Below are positions 18,967 through 29,758 of a stretch of 64,000 bases of DNA, one piece after another. Source of the stretch: Verrucomicrobiaceae bacterium (GTDB lineage: Bacteria; Verrucomicrobiota; Verrucomicrobiia; Verrucomicrobiales; Akkermansiaceae); contig JBPOGH010000003.1 of the NCBI GenBank assembly GCA_051252135.1, forward strand, positions 128,001 to 192,000. The letters run 5' to 3'. The notes below the pieces were generated by a model. The model was not told where the DNA came from and did not search any database. It saw only the letters and a list, made by a program, of their open reading frames with translations. A program made the position numbers and the translations under genes. Numbering within the stretch: position 1 is the stretch's first letter; each line of letters begins with the position of its first letter.

Positions 18967-19575
18967 CTACGCACTCATCGATACTTTCTTTCGATCCGGA
19001 ACAATAAATTCCTGCCACGACTCATCAGTCGATTGCTCCCTCATCCCATACAAGGGCCGCCACCGCGGCGCCTTCGGCTCCTTCGGCAATTTCAGATTCG
19101 CCTGCGCCAACGTCCGGTTCGCCTTCCGCGTATTGCAGGGAAAGCACGACGTCACAATATTCTTCCAACTCGTGATCCCCCCCCGGTCCCGGGGCACCAC
19201 ATGATCCAGATTCAACTTCTCCTCCGGAAACTGCGTCCGGCAATACTGACAGGTATACCCATCCCTCCGAAACACGTTCTCCCGCGTAAACTTCACCTCC
19301 CGCCGCGGAATCCGGTCATACATCGCCAACACAATGATCTTCGGAATCTGAAGCACCATCTTCACCGATCTCACCACCTCCTCCGCCAACGAGTTCTCGG
19401 AATAATCCACCCACGATCCAAAATCATGCGTCTGATACCGGCAGTCCCCCTCCGTTTGCACCACCTGGGCATGACCAAGACAAAGAAGCTTCAGGGCACG
19501 CTTCGCGGAGCAGGTCTGAACAGGCTGCCATAACCGGTTCAGCACCAGGACGGGACGTTCGAGAATCATTTCCAT
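18967..19575 (-). CDS. HNH endonuclease (McrA-like)
   Basis: VLVLN..QP, RENVFRRDGYTCQYC, LDHVVPRDRGG and NIVTSCFPCNTRK. Confidence 0.9.
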   Translation of the reverse strand: MEMILERPVLVLNRLWQPVQTCSAKRALKLLCLGHAQVVQTEGDCRYQTHDFGSWVDYSENSLAEEVVRSVKMVLQIPKIIVLAMYDRIPRREVKFTRENVFRRDGYTCQYCRTQFPEEKLNLDHVVPRDRGGITSWKNIVTSCFPCNTRKANRTLAQANLKLPKEPKAPRWRPLYGMREQSTDESWQEFIVPDRKKVSMSA

Positions 19576-19790
19576 AACGGTTCCTAGGCAATAGCAAACC
19601 TAGGCAAAGTTGCAGATGACGCAATCCCAAACTTAACCCTCCCAAACTAAAAGGAGTCGCGGCGCCCCCGCCGCTTCTCAACCAAGCCCCTCAACCAAGC
19701 CATCCCCTTCATCCTGTCCATCTGCGGTTAAAAAAACTCCCCAACCCAAACCTTAAAAACTTTGCGCCTTCCCGGTTCACCCCCATCCCC

Positions 19791-20960
19791 TCACTTCATC
19801 CGGTAAACCGACCCCTCCAGATCCATCACATAAAGCCCACCCTCCTCATCCTCGCCAAAGGACGACCACGGCCCCGCCACCTTCCCCTCCGGAAACTTCA
19901 GCTCCTCCGTGTGATCATGGAAGTCTCCCAACTTCCCATCCTTCTCCGTGATCGACCACACCCGCTTCGACACAAAATCCGCAAAGAAATAACGCCCCTG
20001 CAAGTCCTCCCGCTCCCCCCGGTAGACATACCCGCCCGTGATCGACAGCCCGTCCGTCTTCTTCGCCATATCGTGACCGTATTCATAGATCGGCTCATAA
20101 GCCTTTTTCGGCCGCTCCCCTCCCACTTCCTCCTTGGGCGTCTCATGGGTCCCCTCACGCAACCGCCACCCGAAGTTCACCCCCTTCGCCTCCCCCTTCT
20201 TCACAAAATTCACCTCTTCCCAATGATTCTGCCCCACATCCCCGATCCACAAATCACCCGTCTTTGAATCAAAAGAACAACGCCACGGATTTCTCAACCC
20301 ATAGGCATAAATCTCCGGCACCTTTCCCTCCTGCCCCACAAACGGATTGTCCGTCGGCACCGCGTAACCCTTCTCCCCCGACACATCCAATCTCAGAATC
20401 GAACCCAAGGGATTTCCCAAATCCTGCGCCCGCGCCTTCGGATCATTCGCCGCCCCGCCGTCACCCGCCCCAATGTAAAGCAACCCGTCCGGCCCAAACG
20501 CAATCCAGCCCCCGTTGTGATTCCAAAAGTCCTGCTTGTAAGTAAACAAAATCTCCTCCGAATCCTTCTTCGCCACCAAGGTTTTCGGATCCGCCACAAA
20601 ACGCGAAATCCGCGTATCCCGCGCCTTCTTGTCCCCGAAGGTGTAATTCACATAGAACCGACCGCTCTTCTGAAAGTCCGGCGCAAACGCCAAACCCAAC
20701 AACCCTTCCTCGTTAAACGCCCGCAACGCCACCCCCGTCAAATCCAGCATCACCGACCGCTCGCCCGACACCTCATCAACTGAAAATATCTTCCCGTCCT
20801 GCTCCACCACCACCAAACGGTCGCCCGCCCCCGGCGCCACCTGCAAATCAATCGGCCTCTCAAACTTCCCGCCCACCGGCTCCATCACGATCGGCTCAAT
20901 CGCCATCCCAACCGAAACCAAGCCACCCGAAACCATCATCAACATTCCAAAGTTTTTCAT
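19791..20960 (-). CDS. PQQ-dependent glucose/sorbosone dehydrogenase family
   Basis: EEGLLGLAFAPDF, NHNGGWIAFGPDGLLY and YGLRNPWRCSFD; signal peptide from ATG 20960. Confidence 0.9.
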   Translation of the reverse strand: MKNFGMLMMVSGGLVSVGMAIEPIVMEPVGGKFERPIDLQVAPGAGDRLVVVEQDGKIFSVDEVSGERSVMLDLTGVALRAFNEEGLLGLAFAPDFQKSGRFYVNYTFGDKKARDTRISRFVADPKTLVAKKDSEEILFTYKQDFWNHNGGWIAFGPDGLLYIGAGDGGAANDPKARAQDLGNPLGSILRLDVSGEKGYAVPTDNPFVGQEGKVPEIYAYGLRNPWRCSFDSKTGDLWIGDVGQNHWEEVNFVKKGEAKGVNFGWRLREGTHETPKEEVGGERPKKAYEPIYEYGHDMAKKTDGLSITGGYVYRGEREDLQGRYFFADFVSKRVWSITEKDGKLGDFHDHTEELKFPEGKVAGPWSSFGEDEEGGLYVMDLEGSVYRMK

Positions 20961-21022
20961 CCCCGAATCTCTAGTCCCTCTTCCCCCCCCACGCAAACAA
21001 GGAATCCCGATTTTGCCCAACC

Positions 21023-21982
21023 CTATTCCCTCAGCACCGGTCGCACCCGCATCACCAGCACGCCCGCTGGCGGAGCCGAATAACCAATCGAAACTTCATT
21101 CCAGCCCACCGCCGCAAACTCCTCACCAAAGTTCCACTGGCCATTCCATTGCCGTAAGTCCGTCGACCACTCAACGATGTAATCCAAATCATAACGAAGA
21201 ATCGGATACCGGACCCTCATCCAACCTCCCTCTCTCGAAAGACCCACATGATCACTCTCACGATCCCTCGTTCCCGGATCCATCCCCAGGGCATACTCAA
21301 GAAAAAGGGACGTCCCATCCCCATCATGGTCGCTCGTCAGGTCGACCCCTTCCATTGAATAAAGCTTCCTCCAAGCCGCCAAATTACGCGGAATGAACTC
21401 AATCTCGATCCCAGCCTCGGCAGAACCACTTCCCCCAAATACCGGAGCGGAAATGACGTCCATCTCAAGGCGATAAGTCCCGGGCGCCAAGGCGATCATC
21501 TCATGAAAATTGACCTGCCCCGGTGAACCCAAACCGTTTTCTCCATCTCCCTCGGTCTCGGCCACCCTTGAAAAAAGCGAACCCAGCGTAATCCGTGCCT
21601 CGCCATCGTATGCAAACATCTCCCCCTTCAATAAAATATCAATCTCCTCCTTAATCTCAAAGGAGACATGACAACTCGATGAACCGATCCCGGAGGTGCC
21701 CTCCTCCGAAAATTCCGTATCCGCCGAACTCACCAATTCAACATCCCACCTCACCGCCCCGATCGTTGAATCCTGGGACGCCGATCCAAGCAACACTCCA
21801 AACTCACCCTCAACCGATAGCGCCTCCTCATAGCGCGCCACTCCCGGCCCCCGACTCTCCGTAGTCGCCAACCCCGTAGCCGAAATCACCCGGACCGTCT
21901 CCGTCACCTCCACCACATCGCTCGCTCCCCCAAAGAGCACGCAGCTCCCCAAGCCGAACAGCAAACAACACCAAATTCTCAC
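21023..21982 (-). CDS. Secreted hypothetical protein with a Verrucomicrobia-type C-terminal domain
   Basis: Signal-like N-terminus; DHDGDG..LEYALGMDP and YIVEWSTDLRQW. Start uncertain. Confidence 0.65.
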   Translation of the reverse strand: MRIWCCLLFGLGSCVLFGGASDVVEVTETVRVISATGLATTESRGPGVARYEEALSVEGEFGVLLGSASQDSTIGAVRWDVELVSSADTEFSEEGTSGIGSSSCHVSFEIKEEIDILLKGEMFAYDGEARITLGSLFSRVAETEGDGENGLGSPGQVNFHEMIALAPGTYRLEMDVISAPVFGGSGSAEAGIEIEFIPRNLAAWRKLYSMEGVDLTSDHDGDGTSLFLEYALGMDPGTRDRESDHVGLSREGGWMRVRYPILRYDLDYIVEWSTDLRQWNGQWNFGEEFAAVGWNEVSIGYSAPPAGVLVMRVRPVLRE

Positions 21983-22039
21983 AGCCCGCCATTCAACGAC
22001 ACCCCCTCTCACAACTCAATCAAATAGACCCTCCCGCAA

Positions 22040-23149
22040 TCACCCAAACCCCGGAAAAATCTCCCCCATCGCCTTCCCCGCCCCGTGCCTCTGCAGCTCC
22101 GGCCCCAGGATCGCACGGTAATCCGTTACCACCGGCACATCCCCCGGCCCCACCAGCACCCCCGCCTCCAGCTTCGGCATCTCCCCAATCACCCGCCCCC
22201 GCTGGACGCCCCCACCCATCACAAACATCACCCCGCCACTTCCATGGTCGGTTCCAAACGACGAGTTCTCCGCCACCCGTCTCCCAAACTCCGTCATCAC
22301 CACCACCGTCACCTTCTCCATCAACGGACCCAGGTCCCGGTGAAAAGTCGCCAAGCCCTGATCCAGCCGCGTCATCAGCGGCACAATGAGCGCCTCCTGC
22401 GCAAAGTGCGAATCCCACCCTTCCAGATCAAGCGACACCGCCTCCAGCCCCACCCGCGCCCGAATCAACTGCGCCGTCTGACGCAACCCGTTCGAAAAAC
22501 GATCCTCCCCGTACTCCGCCCCGTTCTCCGGCCGATAACTCTCCTTCCCCAGTTCCTCCACCCGCTCCAGCGCCTGCAGCGTATCCCGCGCCGCCGGTCC
22601 CAGCACCGTCTTCTCCGCCCCGTAAAGCGCACCCAGCTCCGCCTGCAGCGCCGACGTCGACGCCCCTTTCTTCCCGAGCGAAAACGTCTCCATCGACTCC
22701 ATCACCGTCGCCGCCGGCGCTCCCCGCAACACCTCCGGCATCTTCTTCCCCAACGCGATCGCCGAAAGCGCCGTCGGCGTCCTTCCCTCGCGATATCTCA
22801 AAAAACGCCCCAACCAACCACCCGCCACCTGCCCGCCATGCTCCATCAAATCCTGGGCGTAAAAGTGCGACCTCGTCTCATCGTCCGACCCCACCGCCGG
22901 CACCACCGATAACTCCCCATTCTGAAAAATTTCGTACATCCCGTGCAACTCCGGATTCAACCCGCAATTCACCTCCCCCAGCTTCAGCGCATCCCTCTCC
23001 GCCACCGCCAGAAGCGGCCGCGCATCATAATATCCCTGATCCCCCACCGCCGGCACCAACGTCAACCCGTCCGCCCCCCCACGCAGAAACACCACCACCA
23101 GCGTCCGCTGATCGTCCCCGTTTCCTGAGATGATTCCTGTCCCTTTCAT
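22040..23149 (-). CDS. DUF1501 family protein (DUF1800 partner)
   Basis: LVVVFLRGGADGL, RSHFYAQ, GWDSH, MTEFGRRVAEN..GTDHG and TDYR. Confidence 0.9.
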   Translation of the reverse strand: MKGTGIISGNGDDQRTLVVVFLRGGADGLTLVPAVGDQGYYDARPLLAVAERDALKLGEVNCGLNPELHGMYEIFQNGELSVVPAVGSDDETRSHFYAQDLMEHGGQVAGGWLGRFLRYREGRTPTALSAIALGKKMPEVLRGAPAATVMESMETFSLGKKGASTSALQAELGALYGAEKTVLGPAARDTLQALERVEELGKESYRPENGAEYGEDRFSNGLRQTAQLIRARVGLEAVSLDLEGWDSHFAQEALIVPLMTRLDQGLATFHRDLGPLMEKVTVVVMTEFGRRVAENSSFGTDHGSGGVMFVMGGGVQRGRVIGEMPKLEAGVLVGPGDVPVVTDYRAILGPELQRHGAGKAMGEIFPGFG

Positions 23150-24642
23150 CGCCATTGAAATCCCGGTGATGCCAAAACCAACGCCAACGGCTCACCACTC
23201 CGCTCCACGCTCTTCTTCTCTTCCGCCGTCGGAACCCGACCCAACAAACTCGCCATCATCTCATCCACCCCACCCGCCGCCTCCTGCAGCGCCGCCTCAT
23301 CCACCACGATCTTTCCGTCGATCTCGTTGCGCGCCAACGCGATCCCAAAATGCCACCGCCACAGCAAGGTTCCCGTCCACGGCGACGCCACATCCGGATA
23401 ACCATCCGGCGTCGGATACTGAAAAGGCGCATGCCCCATCCGCACCAGATAATCCACCAGCGCCAACTCGGATTTCACCTTCGCCCGCGTCCCCCGCAGA
23501 GCCGAAATAATAAACTCAAAAGGCTTCTTCAACTTCCCTCCCCGCGCCCCTCTCAAAAACGCCTCCGTCCCAAACACCGCCCGCAGCGTCTCCTTCACAT
23601 CCCCACCACTCTCCGCAAATACCCGCGCCACCTCATCCACCGCCTCCCCCGGCGGCTCGTCCGCAATAAACCGCACACACAACTTCTCCGCCAAATATCG
23701 CGCCGTCGACGGATGACCGCACACAATCTCCAGCACCGCATCCAAATCCTTCTCCCCCCCGCCCGCCGCAATCTCCACCCCCAACACCACCTTCGCCCCG
23801 TCATCATGCGCCTTCGCATCAAACTCCACCCGCCCTTTGAAAAACCGCTTCTTCCCCCGCACCGTCCACCCGCTCAGGCAACGCGCCACCTCCATCACAT
23901 CCTCCTGCGTATAGCCCCCGTTCACCCCCAGCGTGTGCAGCTCCAGCAACTCCCGCGCATAATTCTCATTCGGCTTCTCCCCCTCGTCCCTGCTCCGGTT
24001 CTGACGCCCATCCAAATACCACAACATCGCCGGACTCAGCGCCGACGCCCGCACCAGATCCGAAAACTTCCCCAGCGCATGCTCCCGCACCACCTCCCGA
24101 TCATCCGCCGCCTTCAACCAACGACACTCCTCCTTCGACGCATCGATATTAAAATGATCACTCCAAAAATGCGCCATCACCTCAAACAACTGCCGCTTGC
24201 TCCGCGTCGCCCGCACCAGCGTCGCCCGCGTCAGCTGCTCTAACAAAAACTCCTCCTTATACTCATACATCTCTCCCAGCGGCGCATGAATCGCCTCAAA
24301 CCTCCGCACCGACCGCCACGCCCGCTTATCCTCAATCCCCTCCGCATCCAGCTGCTCCTCCACATAAGCCGACACCGCCTCCTCCTCCGTCTCACCCAAC
24401 CCCCGCACCCGACCATACTCACTCGGGCCCGGCCCAAAGCTCATCCGGTTCAGCGCATGACTCACCAAATCAATCCCCTCGCCCGATGGCGGCACCACCG
24501 GCCCCGCCACCTCGCCCATCCCCAAAAAATCCTCCACCCGCTCACACCCCGCCGTCGAAAAGAACGCCAGCCCGGCCGACCCCAGCAGAAAATCCCGCCG
24601 CGTCCAACCTTCCCCCGCCCCCTCTGGATCACCCTTCGACAT
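23146..24642 (-). CDS. DUF1800 family protein with Tat/lipoprotein signal
   Basis: TRRDFLL..TAGC, FWSDHFN, SPAMLWYLD and NENYARELLELHTLG. Confidence 0.9.
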   Translation of the reverse strand: MSKGDPEGAGEGWTRRDFLLGSAGLAFFSTAGCERVEDFLGMGEVAGPVVPPSGEGIDLVSHALNRMSFGPGPSEYGRVRGLGETEEEAVSAYVEEQLDAEGIEDKRAWRSVRRFEAIHAPLGEMYEYKEEFLLEQLTRATLVRATRSKRQLFEVMAHFWSDHFNIDASKEECRWLKAADDREVVREHALGKFSDLVRASALSPAMLWYLDGRQNRSRDEGEKPNENYARELLELHTLGVNGGYTQEDVMEVARCLSGWTVRGKKRFFKGRVEFDAKAHDDGAKVVLGVEIAAGGGEKDLDAVLEIVCGHPSTARYLAEKLCVRFIADEPPGEAVDEVARVFAESGGDVKETLRAVFGTEAFLRGARGGKLKKPFEFIISALRGTRAKVKSELALVDYLVRMGHAPFQYPTPDGYPDVASPWTGTLLWRWHFGIALARNEIDGKIVVDEAALQEAAGGVDEMMASLLGRVPTAEEKKSVERSGEPLALVLASPGFQWR

Positions 24643-25129
24643 CGCTCCCCTTCCTCCCGTCACGCCATCCTAAAAACCACGCCCCCACCCCCGAAAGCAA
24701 CGTCCCCGGCAACACCAAAAACCAACCCAACAACGGAAAGATCATCATCAATCCCAACACCGTCCCCCCGCGCTTCACCCCCAGCCACTCCTGCCCCTCA
24801 TCATCCACCTTCCGCAAGCCCTTCCCCATCCGCAGACACAAACCCGCCGACCCAAAGAGCCCGAAAAGAAACACCAACATCACCAGCAAAATCCCCAACA
24901 TCTTCACCACCGCAGCCCCCCCGTTCGCCATCGCCAACCCCAGCGCCACCGCCGGCACCCCCACCAACGCCCCCACCAACAAACACCGCCAAGGCGTCTC
25001 CCCATACCGCGCCCCACACCGCTCCACCGCCTCCGGAAAAAACCCCCGCGCCGCCACCCAATAAGCCACCGTCGTCACATAAAACCCCAAAATAATCAGA
25101 GCCCACATCAACACATCCGCCATGATCAT
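24629..25129 (-). CDS. Hypothetical 4-TM membrane protein
   Basis: Hydrophobic helices; overlaps the DUF1800 start. Confidence 0.7.
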   Translation of the reverse strand: MIMADVLMWALIILGFYVTTVAYWVAARGFFPEAVERCGARYGETPWRCLLVGALVGVPAVALGLAMANGGAAVVKMLGILLVMLVFLFGLFGSAGLCLRMGKGLRKVDDEGQEWLGVKRGGTVLGLMMIFPLLGWFLVLPGTLLSGVGAWFLGWRDGRKGSDVEG

Positions 25130-25309
25130 CTCAACCCCATCCTTCCCATCTCAACAGTCATATTCATCACCCACCGTACGCCCTCACCCCCAAAAAGGTT
25201 ACCAAAAAAATTGAGGAGAGCGGACATTACTGCCCGCCCCATGAACCCGTAAAAGAACCCATCGGTCCAAAACAACCCATCAGCCCCCAAACCAAGGATT
25301 CAACAGTCA

Positions 25310-26824
25310 CTACTCCTCGCCACCGACTTCAATCACTTTCGCCCCCAGATAAACCTCCCTTACTCCTTCTTCTCCCTGAACCCGACTCACCATTTGTTTC
25401 CCTCCACTCCATACCGTCGTCCCCCCATTTACGTTTACTACCCGCTCTCCAATCATCACTTCATATTCAAAACGAATATCCAACAGCTGATCATTCGCCC
25501 CCACATTTGGCTCCAGAACCGCCTTCTGAATCAAGTTGCCCATACCCATCGATATCGAAGCCTTGTCTCCCGGCCTTCCATAAACACCTAACCTCCCCGT
25601 CTGCACCTCATTCTCCAGCAACGCTAGATCCACCTTCACTAATCGCGGGATTACCCAAGAACAAGCTCTCAATAGTTGATCCATCAACTCCATCTGATCC
25701 TCGGGCAATCCCACAAACAACGCCCCGGCCTCCCCATTAAATATCGCAAAATCTCCTTCTCGAAAAACCACCCCCTGATTACTCAACATCTTTCGTAGAT
25801 CATAAAGTCTCTCCCCCGGACCCCATTTTACCCGAGGGTCGTTCACCGACACCCGATACTTCGAAAACTCTATCTCTGCGTGCTCCCCCCCTCCCTCATC
25901 CGGATCCGCGAAAGGGTCATCGTTAGAGCCACCTCCATCACCAACCTCGATAAAATTCATAAACGTGGGCGGAACAGGAAATACTTTCACCACCCGATCT
26001 TCACCAATCTCAATCGTCCTCGCCAGTCGCGTCCTCCTCACCCCCCATTTCTCTTCAGTCGAACGCATATCCTGTTCACCGATCACCAAATCAACAACGG
26101 CTACCCCATCAAGCAATTCAACCCTCGTCGTAACCACCAACACATAGTTTTTTCCATCCGCGCCACTCCTCCCAAGCCCTATCACCAAGGGCACCCCGGG
26201 CAAACTCGTCACCCCCGTCTCCAAAAGAAACTCACCTTCCATCGGAAGCTTCGCCTCCAAATCAATCCGACTATCCACTGCTTGCAAGGCGGTGTCCACA
26301 TTCATCACAACTTCCAATCTCATCTCCCTCGCCTCGGTCACCACCTTCTCACCCGATCGAGCACAAACTTCTATTCCTCTCACCAATTTTGCTCCCTCCG
26401 GCACCACTCGAGGATTCTTCTCAAATGCCGCAACACCCTCATCCGCTACCTCAAAAATCTCCCCCTTGAACACCAACTTCACCGGAGCAGACCCAACATA
26501 AAATACCGGCTCAAAAATCCTCCAATGATCTAGCTGCTCACCCTTCACCACCAACCGCCCACTCGACTCATTAAAGACTGCCTCAATGGTCTTGCTTTCG
26601 AATAGCTCGCTCACTCCATAAAGGACGTCCCCTTCTCCAAAAAATCGGCTCTCAAACGTCCCCTTCTCCAACTTCAAAAACTCCTCCTCTTTCTCCAAGT
26701 CTCCAAACCGCTTCTTAAACCCCTCAATCCCAACCTCCTTCCCCACATAATAACTTACCACCTCCATCTCCTCCCCAAAAACCGACCCCACCAAAATCAA
26801 AAACAACAACACCCTTTTCACCAT
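25310..26824 (-). CDS. Secreted hypothetical protein with secretin-N-like (Amuc_1098-like) segments
   Basis: Signal peptide; FPVPPTF..DDPFA..LSNQGVVFREGDFAIFNGEAGALFV..QMELMDQL, with an earlier similar module (AVFNESSGRLVVK). Confidence 0.6.
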   Translation of the reverse strand: MVKRVLLFLILVGSVFGEEMEVVSYYVGKEVGIEGFKKRFGDLEKEEEFLKLEKGTFESRFFGEGDVLYGVSELFESKTIEAVFNESSGRLVVKGEQLDHWRIFEPVFYVGSAPVKLVFKGEIFEVADEGVAAFEKNPRVVPEGAKLVRGIEVCARSGEKVVTEAREMRLEVVMNVDTALQAVDSRIDLEAKLPMEGEFLLETGVTSLPGVPLVIGLGRSGADGKNYVLVVTTRVELLDGVAVVDLVIGEQDMRSTEEKWGVRRTRLARTIEIGEDRVVKVFPVPPTFMNFIEVGDGGGSNDDPFADPDEGGGEHAEIEFSKYRVSVNDPRVKWGPGERLYDLRKMLSNQGVVFREGDFAIFNGEAGALFVGLPEDQMELMDQLLRACSWVIPRLVKVDLALLENEVQTGRLGVYGRPGDKASISMGMGNLIQKAVLEPNVGANDQLLDIRFEYEVMIGERVVNVNGGTTVWSGGKQMVSRVQGEEGVREVYLGAKVIEVGGEE

Positions 26825-27258
26825 CCCACCCTCTCATTCCCCCATTTTAGGTCAAGCCCCCTCATCGACCGGCCTCATTCAATCTGTGGAAATCTTCTCA
26901 ATCTGCGGACCCCTCCCTCAACCAAGCCCCCCCTCCAAAAAATAAATGCCCAATGTCCCCCCTCCCCCTCAACAAAGATTCGCCTCAATTCGCATGATTC
27001 GCGGTCACCCTCCCCACCCCCAACCAAGCCTCCCCCTTCAAAACTAAAGGTTAGATGTTAAATGTTCGGTGTTCCTCCCCGCCCCCAACCAAGCTCTCCA
27101 CCTTCAAATCCCGGAGTTCACTGTTCAGTGTTCAATGTCCCCCTCTTTCAAATCTCGTGCTCAAATCTCAAATTTCAAATCTCCCCCGCTCCCCAGCCTT
27201 GATCTCCCATTAAAATCCGCTAAAACCCCCTTCCCGCCTCAACCAGCGGGACGATTCC

Positions 27259-28686
27259 ATGGGAAAAACACTCTATCAAAAGGTCTGGGACGCGCACACC
27301 GTAGGCACCCTCAGCGACGGACGCACCCAACTCTTCATCGGCACCCACCTCATTCACGAGGTCACCAGCCCGCAGGCCTTCGGCATGCTCCGTGAGCTGA
27401 ACCTCACCGTAAAGTACCCCAAGCGCACCTTCGCCACCATCGATCACATCGTCCCCACCGAGAATCAGGACCAACCAGCCGACCCGCTCGCCGCTGAAAT
27501 GATCGATGCCATCCGCGCCAACTGCGATGACTTCGGCGTCACCTATTTCGACCTCAAATCCGGCAAGCAAGGCATCGTCCACGTCGTCGGACCTGAGCAA
27601 GGCATCACTCAGCCCGGTTCCACCATCGCTTGTGGCGATTCCCACACCGCCACCCACGGAGCCTTCGGCGCCATCGCCTTCGGCATCGGCACCACCCAGG
27701 TGCGCGACGTCCTCGCCACCCAGACCATGGCCATGGAATCCCTCAAGGTGCGCAAGATCGAGGTGAACGGAACCCTCCGCCCCGGCGTCTACGCCAAGGA
27801 CCTCACCCTTCACATCATCCGCCTCCTCGGAGCAAAGGGCGGCATCGGCTACGCCTACGAGTACGCCGGCACCACCTTCGACGCCTTCTCCATGGAAGAG
27901 CGCATGACCGTCTGCAACATGGCCATCGAAGGCGGCGCACGCTGCGGCTACGTCAACCCAGACCAGACCACTTTCGACTTCCTCAAAGGCCGCCCCTACT
28001 CCCCCTCCGAAGCCGAGTGGGACGAGGCCGTCGCCCGCTGGCAATCCTTCGCCTCTGACGCAGACGCCGTCTTCGATGACGTCATCACCATCAACGCCGA
28101 GGACATCGAGCCCACCGTCACCTGGGGAATCTCCCCGGACCACGGCATCGCAATCGGCGAGAACATCCCCGATCCCGCCACCACCTCCGACCCCGAGGAA
28201 AAAGCCGTCATCGTGGAAGCCCTCGCCTACATGAAACTCCCCGCCGGCACCCCCATCAAGGGCATCCCCATCGATGTCGCCTTCATGGGATCCTGCACCA
28301 ACGGCCGCCTCTCGGACTTCCGCGAAGCCGCCAAATACCTCAAGGGCCGCAAGGTCGCCGCTGGTGTCAAGGCCATCGCCGTTCCCGGATCACAGATCAC
28401 CGCCATCCAGTGCGAACAGGAAGGCATCGATAAAATCTTCGAAGAAGCCGGATTCGAATGGCGCGCCGCAGGTTGCTCCATGTGCCTCGCGATGAACCCC
28501 GATAAACTCATCGGCGATCAAATCTGCGCCTCCTCTTCCAACCGGAACTTCAAAGGCCGCCAGGGATCACCTATCGGACGCACCGTCCTCATGTCACCCG
28601 TCATGGTCGCCGCCGCCGCAGTCGAAGGCAAAATCGCCGACGCCCGCGAAACCTTCGAAAATCTCGACGCCAACGCCGTCGCCTAA
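27259..28686 (+). CDS. leuC: 3-isopropylmalate dehydratase large subunit
   Basis: [38 protein letters not shown] and [10 protein letters not shown]. Confidence 0.97.
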   Translation: MGKTLYQKVWDAHTVGTLSDGRTQLFIGTHLIHEVTSPQAFGMLRELNLTVKYPKRTFATIDHIVPTENQDQPADPLAAEMIDAIRANCDDFGVTYFDLKSGKQGIVHVVGPEQGITQPGSTIACGDSHTATHGAFGAIAFGIGTTQVRDVLATQTMAMESLKVRKIEVNGTLRPGVYAKDLTLHIIRLLGAKGGIGYAYEYAGTTFDAFSMEERMTVCNMAIEGGARCGYVNPDQTTFDFLKGRPYSPSEAEWDEAVARWQSFASDADAVFDDVITINAEDIEPTVTWGISPDHGIAIGENIPDPATTSDPEEKAVIVEALAYMKLPAGTPIKGIPIDVAFMGSCTNGRLSDFREAAKYLKGRKVAAGVKAIAVPGSQITAIQCEQEGIDKIFEEAGFEWRAAGCSMCLAMNPDKLIGDQICASSSNRNFKGRQGSPIGRTVLMSPVMVAAAAVEGKIADARETFENLDANAVA

Positions 28687-28708
28687 CCTTTAAAAACGAA
28701 CCATCACC

Positions 28709-29311
28709 ATGGCCATCGCACCCATCACTCAAGTCACCGGCACCGCCGTTCCCATCCCCGGAGCCGATATCGACACCGACCGCATCATCCCCGCACGCTT
28801 CATGAAGTGCGTCACCTTCGACGGACTCGGAGAATACGCCTTCTACGACGTCCGCTTCGATCCCGTCTCCGGTGAAAAGACCGACCACCCCTTAAACGAC
28901 GAACGCTTCAAGGATGCCTCCATCCTCGTCGCCGGCATCAACTTCGGTTGCGGCTCCTCCCGTGAGCACGCCCCCCAGTCGCTTGCCAAATACGGCTTCA
29001 CCGGAATCGTCGCCGAGTCCTTCGCCGAGATCTTCTACGGCAACTCCACCACCCTCGGCCTCCCCTGCGTCACCGCACCCAAGGCCCAGATCGATGCCCT
29101 CAAAGCCGCCACCGCAGCCGACGCCACCCTCGAAGTCAAAATAGACATCGAAGCCATGACCGTCACCGCCGGAGACCTCAGCTTCCCCGTCGAAATGCCC
29201 GCCCCTGCCCGTCACGCTCTCCTCTCCGGAAAGTACGACCCCATCGCAGAGCTCCTCGGCAACAACGACAAGATCGAAGCCACCGCCGCCGGCCTCGCCT
29301 ACGTCGATTAA
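28709..29311 (+). CDS. leuD: 3-isopropylmalate dehydratase small subunit
   Basis: DIDTDRIIPARF, NFGCGSSREHAPQ and SFAEIFYGN. Confidence 0.97.
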   Translation: MAIAPITQVTGTAVPIPGADIDTDRIIPARFMKCVTFDGLGEYAFYDVRFDPVSGEKTDHPLNDERFKDASILVAGINFGCGSSREHAPQSLAKYGFTGIVAESFAEIFYGNSTTLGLPCVTAPKAQIDALKAATAADATLEVKIDIEAMTVTAGDLSFPVEMPAPARHALLSGKYDPIAELLGNNDKIEATAAGLAYVD

Positions 29312-29334
29312 TCAAAACGACTCACCTCATTCCC

Positions 29335-29369
29335 AAAGCGCCCCTCGGTCACCCCGACGGGCGCTTTTT
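29335..29369 (+). terminator. Rho-independent terminator after leuD
   Basis: AAAGCGCCC-CTCGG...CCGAC-GGGCGCTTTTT. Confidence 0.8.
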
Positions 29370-29387
29370 CGTCCCACCGAACCACCC

Positions 29388-29416
29388 TTGTTTCTACGGC
29401 CTCCCTGAAGTAAAGT
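29388..29416 (+). promoter_or_regulatory. Sigma70-like promoter, probably leaderless
   Basis: TTGTTT-N17-TAAAGT, then 6 nt to ATG 29423. Confidence 0.5.
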
Positions 29417-29422
29417 CTTCCC

Positions 29423-29758
29423 ATGGCTGGTGAAAGAGACATTGCCCAAGATCCCCTGATTCTTCAGCGGTGGCTCTTTCTCGCCGACAAAATTGAGAGC
29501 GATCCATCGCTCCTCGCCATCGCCACCGACAATATCTCCCGATGGCGAAAATCCGACCGCTTGGGCAGCTTCTGGGCCCTCGATATCTGGGAGGACCTCA
29601 TCATGAGCGCATCACAATCACCGGATCAATTACGCGATCTCCTCCAGCTCATTCGATCCGATGATGACCGCTCACGCCAGCTCAAAAGCTGCTCCCCTTT
29701 TCCCGGCATTCTTTCTACCACCGAACTCGACCGCTTCACATGCGCCTCAGTGCTCTAG
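29423..29758 (+). CDS. Putative antitoxin-like partner of DUF6036
   Basis: A.K...DP.LL..A..NI.RW, W..LI and RQLKSCSPFPGIL pattern; overlaps the next gene. Confidence 0.65.
   Translation: MAGERDIAQDPLILQRWLFLADKIESDPSLLAIATDNISRWRKSDRLGSFWALDIWEDLIMSASQSPDQLRDLLQLIRSDDDRSRQLKSCSPFPGILSTTELDRFTCASVL

Noticed and set aside
18967..19575. HNH as an IscB/Cas9-like RNA-guided nuclease
   Set aside because: 202 aa with no RuvC or PLMP motifs; it matches the common stand-alone McrA-like family.
19576..19640. Riboswitch or ncRNA upstream of the HNH gene
   Set aside because: Only a short direct repeat (CCTAGGCAA x2); no recognisable aptamer.
27100..27258. Leu attenuator or leader peptide upstream of leuC
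   Set aside because: No Leu-rich short ORF or terminator/antiterminator pair; the region consists of repeat modules.
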